A DNA stretch of 64,000 nt from Bdellovibrionota bacterium (GTDB lineage: Bacteria; Bdellovibrionota_G; JALEGL01; DATDPG01): contig OY764265.1 of assembly GCA_963668355.1 (NCBI GenBank), positions 1,856,001-1,920,000 on the forward strand, written 5' to 3'. This document shows, in pieces, positions 41,119 through 50,080 of this stretch (positions are counted from its first letter, which is position 1; every line of letters starts with the position of its first letter). The notes under the pieces are model-generated. The model saw nothing but the letters and a program-made list of their open reading frames with translations. It did not search any database and was not told the DNA's origin. Position numbers and translations under genes: made by a program.

Positions 41119-42524
41119 GTACAAATGAAAGAAAATGGGATCTGTGGATTGTTGCGGCCTTTTTCTTGGGGCGCGTCATCTTTCAGTTTTGTTACCGATG
41201 GATTCATGATTTTCAGGTGCTCTCGGTTGATGAATATATCCGTCTTTCTGTTTCACATGACCTTGCGGGAAAATGGCAATGGTTTCCAGATCCTCTTTGG
41301 TTACCCGGTTATTTTTGGTTGCATGGCGCTTTGATGAAAATCGGCCTCTCCGTTCGCATGGCTGGGTTTGGGGTGGCATGGGTGTCGGCAGGGTTGGTCT
41401 CTGGAAGTTTGTATTGGATGATCCGTAATCTTGGCACTTCTCGACAACGGGCCATATGGATGACCTTTTTATTTTCGATTCAACCTCTTTCTATTTGGCT
41501 CGGCGGGGTCCCACTTTCTGAAGGCCCCACATTGGCCTTTGTCCTACTCGGTCTTGTTTTTTGGATGGAGGGTCGAAAAAACGAAAGTGTTCTCTTCTGG
41601 ATTGTGGCGAGTTTGTTTCGATACGAGGTGTGGCCGATTGTCTTTGGTCTGATTCTTGAAGCATTCCTGGAAAAGACGGAAAAGAAAAGCATCATTTGTT
41701 TCAGAAGTATTTTAATGGTTCTTGGAATTGCTTTTTGTATTTTTCACATCGTGAACTTTTCTACGCCCTTTGGAGCCATTTCCTATACGTTCGAACAGTC
41801 TGCTCTTTCGGCGAATCATTTGGCTCAAAGAAGTCAATTTTGGCTTGCAATGCCACGTTTCATGGCCTTTTCCATGCTCCTTTTACCGTTCATTCCTCTT
41901 TCTTTTATTAAAAGACACACAATTCAAAAATGTTTTTTTTACGCTACCGCGAGCATTTTTCTGACTCATGTAATGATTGTGGGAGTGGGATTTTATCCAT
42001 TGGTGTACTCTCCTCGAATGTGGCTCCTCCCTTTGGGTGTGGGATTTCCCCTTGCCGTTTTGGGTATGAGTCATTTTTTGGCTCGATACCCTATTTGGAA
42101 ACCGGCCATTTTAGGTTTGCTTTTTTTATTTGGAGTTGCAGGGTTGATGCAATCGCCCAATACCGAGGTGAAACGTGAGACGATTAAAGCTGCCGAAGTT
42201 ATAAAAAAGGTTAGCCAAGAATATCCTTCCTCATCCAAAACTTTGGCCGAACGAGCGGATTTGGGGTCGTATGTCTTGTGGGGGCTCACTGGAAAGAAGG
42301 CCAACCTCATTTTTGATCGGGTTGGAATGAGAGAAGAGAAACTTTTTTCTGACCCCTTGTGGCTCCAAAGACGTTTACGCCCAAACTCTTTTGTTTCGTG
42401 TCTTCTATCAAGCTCGGAAAAGGGAAAATTTGTGGTTGAGAAAGTAGCACCTAACTGGGAACCGAGGTGGAGGGAGGGAAAATATTTCCTGGCATGTGAT
42501 CCAAAGAAAAAGCTGGGCATATGA
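41115..42524 (+). CDS. GT-C-like polytopic membrane protein
   Basis: DEYIR loop, WLPG, LSE, RYE; GTGA overlap. Confidence 0.7.
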   Translation: MSTNERKWDLWIVAAFFLGRVIFQFCYRWIHDFQVLSVDEYIRLSVSHDLAGKWQWFPDPLWLPGYFWLHGALMKIGLSVRMAGFGVAWVSAGLVSGSLYWMIRNLGTSRQRAIWMTFLFSIQPLSIWLGGVPLSEGPTLAFVLLGLVFWMEGRKNESVLFWIVASLFRYEVWPIVFGLILEAFLEKTEKKSIICFRSILMVLGIAFCIFHIVNFSTPFGAISYTFEQSALSANHLAQRSQFWLAMPRFMAFSMLLLPFIPLSFIKRHTIQKCFFYATASIFLTHVMIVGVGFYPLVYSPRMWLLPLGVGFPLAVLGMSHFLARYPIWKPAILGLLFLFGVAGLMQSPNTEVKRETIKAAEVIKKVSQEYPSSSKTLAERADLGSYVLWGLTGKKANLIFDRVGMREEKLFSDPLWLQRRLRPNSFVSCLLSSSEKGKFVVEKVAPNWEPRWREGKYFLACDPKKKLGI

Positions 42525-42581
42525 TCCATTTTTAGAAGTATTTTTTTTAGTGGTGTCTTCAGGAGAAACTGAGATCTGTCG

Positions 42582-42611
42582 TTGACCCTAAGAGAAGGAA
42601 CTTGGTAAAAT
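42582..42611 (+). promoter_or_regulatory. Putative sigma-70 promoter of the B12 radical SAM gene
   Basis: TTGACC-N18-TAAAAT with a TG extension. Confidence 0.6.
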
Positions 42612-42675
42612 ATACCCTTGCCTGGGTCCCGGCTCCCCCTGCTCAGGAAAATGGCATTTTTTGAAAGGCGGATTC

Positions 42676-45336
42676 ATGGCTTCACCGGAAATTCTATTTG
42701 TTTTTCCCCCATCGGTGCGAATTCTGCATGTTCCGCCAACTCAGATTGCCCAACATGTGTGTGTCTCGAATTTCACGCATCATATTGGATCAGCCTATAT
42801 CCGAGCCTTTCTAAAAGAGAAGAGAATTGAATCGGAACAATTTGTCACCGAGGCCCCTCTTCGGATGGACGATATCATCTCCAGAATTGGTGAACTCCAG
42901 CCAAAAGTGGTTGGCTTCACAATGTATCAATCGAATTTTTTAGCCGTCAGATATTTGGCTCAAGAACTTCGAAGACGTTTTCCTCGCATAAAGCTCATCG
43001 CCGGTGGGCCATCACCCACGACCAATGATTCTCTGGTTTTTCGAAGAGTTCCGGAACTCGATCTCTGTGTGCGTGGGGAAGGAGAGCATGCAGTTTTTGA
43101 ACTGCTTTCGACGGGAAAAATTTTTGAAAACTCGAAATTCCTTTTCGATATTGCGGGTCTCTCATTTGTCCAAAATGGACAACTTGTGAGGACTCACAAT
43201 CGAGCCTATAGTTTTTCAATCGACTCCGATAAGGATGGCCTGGATCGATTTCCTTCCCCATACCTTTCCGGCCTAATCCCCATTGAAAAAGAAGATGTGG
43301 GAGTTCTAAGTTCCAGAGGTTGTCCTTATGGATGCACCTATTGCATGTTTTCCTCTCTTTCACATCTCACCGTTCGTTATCATTCGGAGGAGCGATTCAT
43401 GGCTGAATTGCGAATGTTCTCTGAATCATTAAACGGGCGTCCTTTTTCCATCCACGATGATGCTTTCTCTTTAAACTTAAAACGTTCAAAACACATTTTG
43501 AAACGAATATTAGAGGAGAAGTTGAATTTAAATTTCTGGTGTGAAACCCGTGCGGATTGCGTGGATGAAGAATTCATTTATCTTTTAAAAGAAGCAGGAT
43601 GTTACGGAATAAACTTCGGCCTTGAAAGTGCGGTTCCTCGTATTTTGAGAAATGTAATGAAATTGGGTGCGGGGGCCTCCAGGCGAAAAGACCTAAAACC
43701 GGAAGAAAAGTTCATTCAAAACGTGCATCACTATACAAAAGTCGCCAATCTAGCTGGATTGAAGGTCCAAGTAAGTGTGATTTTTGGACTTCCGGGCGAA
43801 ACATTGCAAGACGGGATTGCGACACTTGAGTTTGTGAAAAAACTTCCCATCGAGTCTTATTACCATAACCACTTGGTAATCTTGCCCGGTACCGACTTGG
43901 CCAGAACTCACAATGAATACGGAATTGGTTTGGAATACACAGATAACGATCCGTTTCGAACCATGAAGACCGTACATAGCTACGATTTGTTTGAGCTTCC
44001 GATGCTTGCGAACAGTACGGTTAAACAGAAATTTGATCAATTTGTGGATCAAGTACGAGAACAGGTGTTTGGTGAATTTTACAGCGAAGACGATCTATCA
44101 TCGTCGTTTATGTTTTATGGGGAAGGCCCAATCAACGACGAGATGGCACGATTTATTGATTTAAATTCCAAAGTGAATACCGCCGTATATTTTTTCAGCA
44201 GAGATGAAAATGAGGCTTCTTTCTCTTCCTCCATTGATCAGCTGATTGAGGAAGGAGTAGGGCTTCGTTTTTCAGTAAAAGTTCTAGAGAAGCAAACCGA
44301 GGTGGGGACATCTTTTTTACTCTCTCCCAAAAGCATTTTCTTCAATAATTATGGAAATGTGTTTCGAAACGATGAGAAGTTTTTTCGAAAAAAATTCCTC
44401 CCAGCATTTAAGGAGCCTTTGGGACATAAAATTTCGCTTGCAAAAATCGATGCTTCTTCGAGGTTGACTGGACGGTGTAAAACGGTCGTTGAAGCTTCGG
44501 AAGATATTGATGCCTTACTGGGTTGGGTGAAGGCGTTTGATGCAGGAGTGGTTTGGCCCATTCCATGGAATTTTTCGGGTGTAACCTCCATGGGGGTCGA
44601 AAATGAGTGCCGTTGGATGTCAAGCCCTTGTCCCATTGAGAAGCGTGAACCCTTAATTGTATTTGGAAATGGCTGTGTGGGGAGTTGTGTGAAAGACCCT
44701 GCCTGCACTTTTGGCTCTGTGAAAGAATCGCGCAGGGAATTAATACAAAAATTGCAAAAGATGCGGGAAGAGGCTGAGTTGGAGAGAGGATGTTTTCAGT
44801 GTCCAGCGAAAGATGTGTGTTCCCGTTGCTTGTTTCCACAGGTCTCCGTCGATAAATTTTGTGAAACCGTGCGAGTCGTCCATGAGCAAAAGTTGGGCGA
44901 GAGCTTACGGCATGTTTTTATGATGTTGAAAACGCTTCCAAGTTTTTCTCGAGAGTTAGGTTTGGATGACCTGAGTTCAGTGTTAGTAGAAGGAAATCAG
45001 TTTTCCAAAGGTCCTCAGTCTCTCATTTCTACATTTGTTCATCCGGAATATTCAAAGGAGAGTTCGTTTATTGTCCCGGACTATATAAAGTTGCTTAGGT
45101 GTAAGGGTGATTATTTTGTCATTTCAACCAAGAATGAACATATCTATAAAATGAACCAGATTTCGATTCTCATTTTGGAAGTCTTGAAGAAAAAGGGAAG
45201 TCAGAAAGACATCCTTTCATCTCTTCGATTAAGAGAGGATTTATTTGGAGATTGTTCTGATCTGACGCTTGAAGACCTGAAGGGACCTATTTCGATCCTG
45301 TTAAAAAATGGATTTTTAAAGACCTCTTCGTCTTAA
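42676..45336 (+). CDS. Cobalamin-binding radical SAM protein with C-terminal SPASM-like and PqqD/RRE-like extensions
   Basis: B12 domain (GFT, GGP, GEGE), SRGCPYGCTYC, FGLES, GLPGET; Cys-rich C-terminal region including CFQCPAKDVCSRC; terminal winged-helix-like segment. Confidence 0.9.
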   Translation: MASPEILFVFPPSVRILHVPPTQIAQHVCVSNFTHHIGSAYIRAFLKEKRIESEQFVTEAPLRMDDIISRIGELQPKVVGFTMYQSNFLAVRYLAQELRRRFPRIKLIAGGPSPTTNDSLVFRRVPELDLCVRGEGEHAVFELLSTGKIFENSKFLFDIAGLSFVQNGQLVRTHNRAYSFSIDSDKDGLDRFPSPYLSGLIPIEKEDVGVLSSRGCPYGCTYCMFSSLSHLTVRYHSEERFMAELRMFSESLNGRPFSIHDDAFSLNLKRSKHILKRILEEKLNLNFWCETRADCVDEEFIYLLKEAGCYGINFGLESAVPRILRNVMKLGAGASRRKDLKPEEKFIQNVHHYTKVANLAGLKVQVSVIFGLPGETLQDGIATLEFVKKLPIESYYHNHLVILPGTDLARTHNEYGIGLEYTDNDPFRTMKTVHSYDLFELPMLANSTVKQKFDQFVDQVREQVFGEFYSEDDLSSSFMFYGEGPINDEMARFIDLNSKVNTAVYFFSRDENEASFSSSIDQLIEEGVGLRFSVKVLEKQTEVGTSFLLSPKSIFFNNYGNVFRNDEKFFRKKFLPAFKEPLGHKISLAKIDASSRLTGRCKTVVEASEDIDALLGWVKAFDAGVVWPIPWNFSGVTSMGVENECRWMSSPCPIEKREPLIVFGNGCVGSCVKDPACTFGSVKESRRELIQKLQKMREEAELERGCFQCPAKDVCSRCLFPQVSVDKFCETVRVVHEQKLGESLRHVFMMLKTLPSFSRELGLDDLSSVLVEGNQFSKGPQSLISTFVHPEYSKESSFIVPDYIKLLRCKGDYFVISTKNEHIYKMNQISILILEVLKKKGSQKDILSSLRLREDLFGDCSDLTLEDLKGPISILLKNGFLKTSSS

Positions 45337-45369
45337 GCGACTTCGCACGTGAAGGATGGATTAAAAATT

Positions 45370-45606
45370 CTATTTCTTCATGCTTTTTGGAAAGTCTGCC
45401 GGGTTGGAATCTCGAATCCAAGCCAATACATCCTGTAAGAGAAAACGCCAACGGCCAGCGACTTTTTTTCCTGGGAGGTCTCCCGCTCGGGTAAGGCGGT
45501 AGACGGATCTCCGGCTGATTCGAAGACAATCGGCCACTTCATTGATCGTAAGAATTTCACTAAAAATTCGGGAAGGATCTGCGTTGGGTGGTTTGGAATC
45601 TTTCAC
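45370..45606 (-). CDS. Excisionase-family (HTH_17) DNA-binding protein
   Basis: LTINEVADCLRISRRSVYRL...LPGKKVAGRWRF. Confidence 0.88.
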   Translation of the reverse strand: MKDSKPPNADPSRIFSEILTINEVADCLRISRRSVYRLTRAGDLPGKKVAGRWRFLLQDVLAWIRDSNPADFPKSMKK

Positions 45607-45619
45607 AAACGTAAAGAGG

Positions 45620-45635
45620 GCAAAATCCGAGCCAA
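45620..45635 (-). promoter_or_regulatory. Putative sigma-54 (-24/-12) promoter
   Basis: TTGGCTC-GGATT-TTGC on the minus strand, exact GG-N10-GC spacing. Confidence 0.5.
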
Positions 45636-45838
45636 GGTTTGTGCCCGTCTAACCGACCGAATATAGAAGGGAATTTTGTTGAAGAAAAAATTCGTTTTTT
45701 TAAAGGGGGGTCAGAATCACCTCGAAAGAAACAGACACGTGCTGCCAAAGAAGGGTTAGTGAGGGATAAGAGCTGACCGTTACAAGGTCAAAAAAGACTC
45801 CGGGGCCCGTATTTGACCCGCAGGATCGGGTAAACCTT

Positions 45839-48406
45839 CTATTTTAAAATCTCTTGAATCTTCTGTATGAGCTGATCTACGTCGAAGGGTTTCTGGATGA
45901 ATCCAGCAAGGCCCTTTCCAGCAAAACGCGAAGTGGCATCTTGTTCGTTGTATCCACTTGAGAGAATCACCAAGACATCCGACTTTATTCGACGCAACTC
46001 TCTGAAACACTCGTCCCCGGAAAGTCGCGGCATGGTCATATCCAAAAAGACCAATTGAATTTCCTCGGCATGCTCACGGAAAATATCCAACGCTTCTTGT
46101 CCATCATTTGCGAGGAGAACTTGAAATCCGATTTTTTCGAGGAGTCGTTTGACAAATTTTCTCACCTGCTCTTCGTCGTCCACGACCAAAACGGTTCCTG
46201 TTCCCTTCCAAGAAGAGGATTTCTCTTTTGGAGAAGAGACGATCTCCTTTTTTCGAGTCGAAACGGGAAAGAGAATTTTAAATGTCGTTCCCTCTCCAAT
46301 TTCTGAATAGATTTTAATGTTTCCTTTGTGACCTCGTACAATTCCTTGGACTGCGGACAAACCCAATCCGCGGCCAGAAAACTTTGTGGAGAAAAAGGGA
46401 TCGAAAATATTGTCGAGAACTTTGGGGTCGATACCGCTACCATTGTCCGCCACCTCCAGATAGACATAGTGGCCTGGAGTCATGTTTTCAGAATAACTTA
46501 GTGTGGCCAGATAGGCGCGATCACAAAACATGTTTTTCGTTGTGAGGGTGATCAGTCCGTCTCTACCTTCCATGGCTTCAGCGGCATTGATCAGAAGGTT
46601 CATAATGATCTGTTGGATTTGAGAGGGATCTCCCTCCATCAACGGAAGATCTTTGTCATAATTGTATTTGATCACGGCCTTTTTCGAAATGGACAACTCT
46701 AAAAGACTTCCCATTTCCTGAATGAGTTGGTTTAGGTTAAGTGGCTTGACGACAAATTTTCCTTTTCCCGAATAGGCCAAAAGTTGTTTGGTTAGATCGG
46801 CCAGCTTTTGAGAGGCCACTCGAATGTTTTCAACTGTGCCTCTCTGAGGCGATTGGTCAGACATTTCTGTCAAGGCCATGCTTGCATTGCCCAAAATTCC
46901 AACCAAAAGATTGTTAAAGTCGTGTGCAATTCCTCCTGCCAAGATTCCTAGGCTTTCCAGTTTTTGTGTGTGTTGGAGTTGTTCAGTGATTTTTCGCTGC
47001 TCAGCTTCCACGCGAATTTTCTCTGTGAGATCGATCCAAGTGGTGAGGATAAATATTTTCCCATGGATATGAATTTGATTGGTTGAGACCAAGACGTTTC
47101 GTAGGTCTCCGTTTTTGGATTGAAGCGTGGTTTCAGACGTTCCCTTCTTGCTGGGGTTTTCGGGAGAGAGAAAGGGTTTGAAATCTTCTTCTTTTTCCGA
47201 GTTTAGGATGTTCTTGAGGCTTAGTTTCTGGAATTCCTGCCGTGTGTAACCGAGGCTTTCATGGGCAGCCGAGTTGAACTCGGTGAAACTCAGTTTGGGT
47301 AATTCAATAAGAACGATGGGGGTATGAGCTTGACCAAAAAGGGCACGATACTTTTCTTCGGAGTCTTTCAGATCGTTTTCAGCCACTTTTTGTTTGTGAA
47401 TGTCCTGAATGGATCCCGACATTCGAAGAGGTTTTTGTGCGGAGTCAAAGACAGCCTGGCCACGAACACGAAACCAATGGAAGTAGCGCTCTTTGTGGCA
47501 GAGGCGACACTCGATGTGAAAGGGAACTTGCCTCGAGAAGTGGGCATGAAGAGCCTGTTCATATTTAGCAAGGTCTTCGAAGTGGAGAAGATTCGTCAGG
47601 GCTGAGTAGGAAGGGCGTATTTGTAATTTGGAGTAACCGATCATTTCAAAAAACCGGGAAGACCACCACTGTTCGTCTCGATTCAGATCGGGTTGATCCC
47701 AAAATCCATCTCGGGAACCTTCCATGGCCAGAGCCGTTTGTTCCTCGCTTTTCTTTAGGCTTTGGATCATCGGGCGCGTTAAACGGAGAAATATGAAAGC
47801 GCCCAAAAGAGATAAGCTCAAGGCCACAAAGAGACTCCATAGGGCAGCTCGAATGAATGGGGAGCGGATTTCCTTGAGGTCAATTTTGGCAACGATTCCC
47901 ATTTCAGCAGGCGCGATCCATTCATATGCAGCGAGAACGTTCTCCCCTCGATAATCCAATCCCATGATCGTTCCCGCATTCTTGAGCAAGGCCCTTCGCA
48001 TGGGTTCCGCAAGCTTAGAGTCGAAGGGAACTGGCTTCGGAATTTCTCGATCATCATGGCGATGTTTGAGAAGAAAAACGATTTGATCGCCAGATTTTTT
48101 CGCCAGTGTGTATTCGCCGGTTTCTCCAAATCCCTTGAAATGTTCGTGGGATCGTCGGAGCTGTTTTAATAAGGCCTTTGCCGGGGAACCATGTTTCGAG
48201 ACTTCCTGCGTGTAATGGGCAAACTCTTCTTCGTGTTTAAAAATTTCTTCAATGAGAAAGCGTTCACTTTGGGCCGATTCGATGAGTCGCGCCCGTTGTT
48301 GTTTGAGTGAGGTGGAGTAAAGGAGGTAAAAAGAAGTTGCGAGGGTGATTCCCACGACACCAAACATTGTCGCAATCAAAAGATATACGCGCTTGTACCA
48401 AATCAT
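45839..48406 (-). CDS. Hybrid sensor histidine kinase (Cache-like, 2 PAS, HisKA, HATPase, REC)
   Basis: [31 protein letters not shown]...DMTMP; start 48406 or 48496. Confidence 0.93.
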   Translation of the reverse strand: MIWYKRVYLLIATMFGVVGITLATSFYLLYSTSLKQQRARLIESAQSERFLIEEIFKHEEEFAHYTQEVSKHGSPAKALLKQLRRSHEHFKGFGETGEYTLAKKSGDQIVFLLKHRHDDREIPKPVPFDSKLAEPMRRALLKNAGTIMGLDYRGENVLAAYEWIAPAEMGIVAKIDLKEIRSPFIRAALWSLFVALSLSLLGAFIFLRLTRPMIQSLKKSEEQTALAMEGSRDGFWDQPDLNRDEQWWSSRFFEMIGYSKLQIRPSYSALTNLLHFEDLAKYEQALHAHFSRQVPFHIECRLCHKERYFHWFRVRGQAVFDSAQKPLRMSGSIQDIHKQKVAENDLKDSEEKYRALFGQAHTPIVLIELPKLSFTEFNSAAHESLGYTRQEFQKLSLKNILNSEKEEDFKPFLSPENPSKKGTSETTLQSKNGDLRNVLVSTNQIHIHGKIFILTTWIDLTEKIRVEAEQRKITEQLQHTQKLESLGILAGGIAHDFNNLLVGILGNASMALTEMSDQSPQRGTVENIRVASQKLADLTKQLLAYSGKGKFVVKPLNLNQLIQEMGSLLELSISKKAVIKYNYDKDLPLMEGDPSQIQQIIMNLLINAAEAMEGRDGLITLTTKNMFCDRAYLATLSYSENMTPGHYVYLEVADNGSGIDPKVLDNIFDPFFSTKFSGRGLGLSAVQGIVRGHKGNIKIYSEIGEGTTFKILFPVSTRKKEIVSSPKEKSSSWKGTGTVLVVDDEEQVRKFVKRLLEKIGFQVLLANDGQEALDIFREHAEEIQLVFLDMTMPRLSGDECFRELRRIKSDVLVILSSGYNEQDATSRFAGKGLAGFIQKPFDVDQLIQKIQEILK

Positions 48407-48583
48407 CCAATCAACCGCTTTTACCCATCGTGACGAAATGTAAAATCTAAAATTACGTCGAATGTGATTGGATCTCCAGTTTTTTATGTTTTCCATTTGT
48501 AATTGGAAAAAGACGGAAAGAATGTCGTATGTGTTCTCTCCTAAAGACTTGATATTCTAGAAAAAACTCTGGAGCCGAGTGGG

Positions 48584-50080
48584 TCAAAAGGATTCGCAAA
48601 ATGGCGTGTTTTCAAGGTGCATGCGGCAGGCTTTTTGAATTAAAGATCGTTCTGAGCGCGGGACAAAGATGACCAGTCTTTCGGTTCCATACCAATGTTG
48701 ATCGAAAAGTTCTCCTGTTGGGATCAGGCCTTTCATGAGTCCGGGGTAAAAGGCTCCCAAACGATTTCCAGCAAGGATGAATGAGTATGGAGTTTGGTCT
48801 TGGAGGTGAAGTCTTAACTCTTCTTTCCACTGTGTTCCGTAACGCATTCTGAACCGATCTCGCGTGGCATCCAAATCGGCTTGAGGCTGGATTCCGGCAT
48901 ACAGATTCAACATGGGTCGTTCGTCGACCAAGGGGTTCGATGAGGCATCTTTTAAAACGTCAACGAGGGTCCATAGTTTTTTGACGTGCGCCGCGTCTGG
49001 GATCGGAAGGGTCAGCCCACGAATCGATACAACTAGATGGAGAAAGATCAAGGTAGTGACCATTAATGTCTTTGTTTTTTCCGAAAAAGGAAGACATTGA
49101 GGAAAAACGATCAGTCCCATGGAAAGAGCCAAAATGGGAGGGATGAGGTAGTTGATGGAACTCCCAATATGTCCGCAGATCAAGAGGAAAGACATGCAAA
49201 ATATAAGAAACAACGAATTCCAACTTTTCAGGCCCTCCTTTTTGATGAGAAAAAACAGTCCTATAATTCCCAAAGAAAGAATGGGATAGTCCAGAAAAGT
49301 ACCTCGAATGAACGTCCAAGTTCTCATCAGGTTGAGATCCTCTAGGCGACTCCCCACCATAGCCGCGAACATATTTTGCTGAAGCAACCAGAGGAACGCA
49401 GCTAGGGAAAAAAGAAAGGTCATGAGTGTGGGGTATCGTTTCCCAGGGGTGAGAAAGCCAATCAGAAACGAAGCAAAGAGAAATGGCAGCATGACGTGTT
49501 TGGTCAGTGTGGAAGCCAGGATCATCAACATTCCGCTCAAATGTATGAACGAGAAAGAAGATTTGGATGTTGAGGCTTTCTTTAGAAGAAAAAGACCCAT
49601 GAAAAGAAAGAATATGGCCAATATGTCCGTTCGGCAGAGAGGCGTCCAGAGAATCGTGTCTTTGGTGCTTAGAACAAGTAGGGGGGCCAAACAAGCGATC
49701 CAACGCTTTACTCCAAGGTCCTGGAGAAAGATTACAAGAAGCGTTAGGACTCCAAATAAGGCGAGTATGGATAGGAGTCTGCCAGCCATCAACGTATGTT
49801 CAGGCCCTTGGAAAAAAAGAGCTAATAAGGCGGGATACAAAGGTGGATAGTTGTAAGTTGTGAAAGGAAAGGAAAAGGCTTCTGCATAAGGCATGATGCC
49901 GTTTTGAATCTCCAGGGCTGCAAACACGCTGAGCCCTTCATGTGGATCCCAGTCAAAAGGATAACTCAGAATCGCACAAATATACTGAAGAATGCTCGGA
50001 AAAAAGAATACGAGAAAGAGGGTGATCGAGAGGATTCCAAGAGCGAAGGAGAGATGTTTTTGGAAAGGTTTGATCGTCAT
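48584..50080 (-). CDS. GT-C-like membrane glycosyltransferase
   Basis: YPFDWDPHEG, NYPPLYP, GRLLS, RTD, TKH; many TMs. Confidence 0.75.
   Translation of the reverse strand: MTIKPFQKHLSFALGILSITLFLVFFFPSILQYICAILSYPFDWDPHEGLSVFAALEIQNGIMPYAEAFSFPFTTYNYPPLYPALLALFFQGPEHTLMAGRLLSILALFGVLTLLVIFLQDLGVKRWIACLAPLLVLSTKDTILWTPLCRTDILAIFFLFMGLFLLKKASTSKSSFSFIHLSGMLMILASTLTKHVMLPFLFASFLIGFLTPGKRYPTLMTFLFSLAAFLWLLQQNMFAAMVGSRLEDLNLMRTWTFIRGTFLDYPILSLGIIGLFFLIKKEGLKSWNSLFLIFCMSFLLICGHIGSSINYLIPPILALSMGLIVFPQCLPFSEKTKTLMVTTLIFLHLVVSIRGLTLPIPDAAHVKKLWTLVDVLKDASSNPLVDERPMLNLYAGIQPQADLDATRDRFRMRYGTQWKEELRLHLQDQTPYSFILAGNRLGAFYPGLMKGLIPTGELFDQHWYGTERLVIFVPRSERSLIQKACRMHLENTPFCESF

Noticed and set aside
45780..45838. 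Hairpins after the hybrid kinase as a c-di-GMP riboswitch
   Set aside because: No match to GEMM consensus elements; more likely termination structure.
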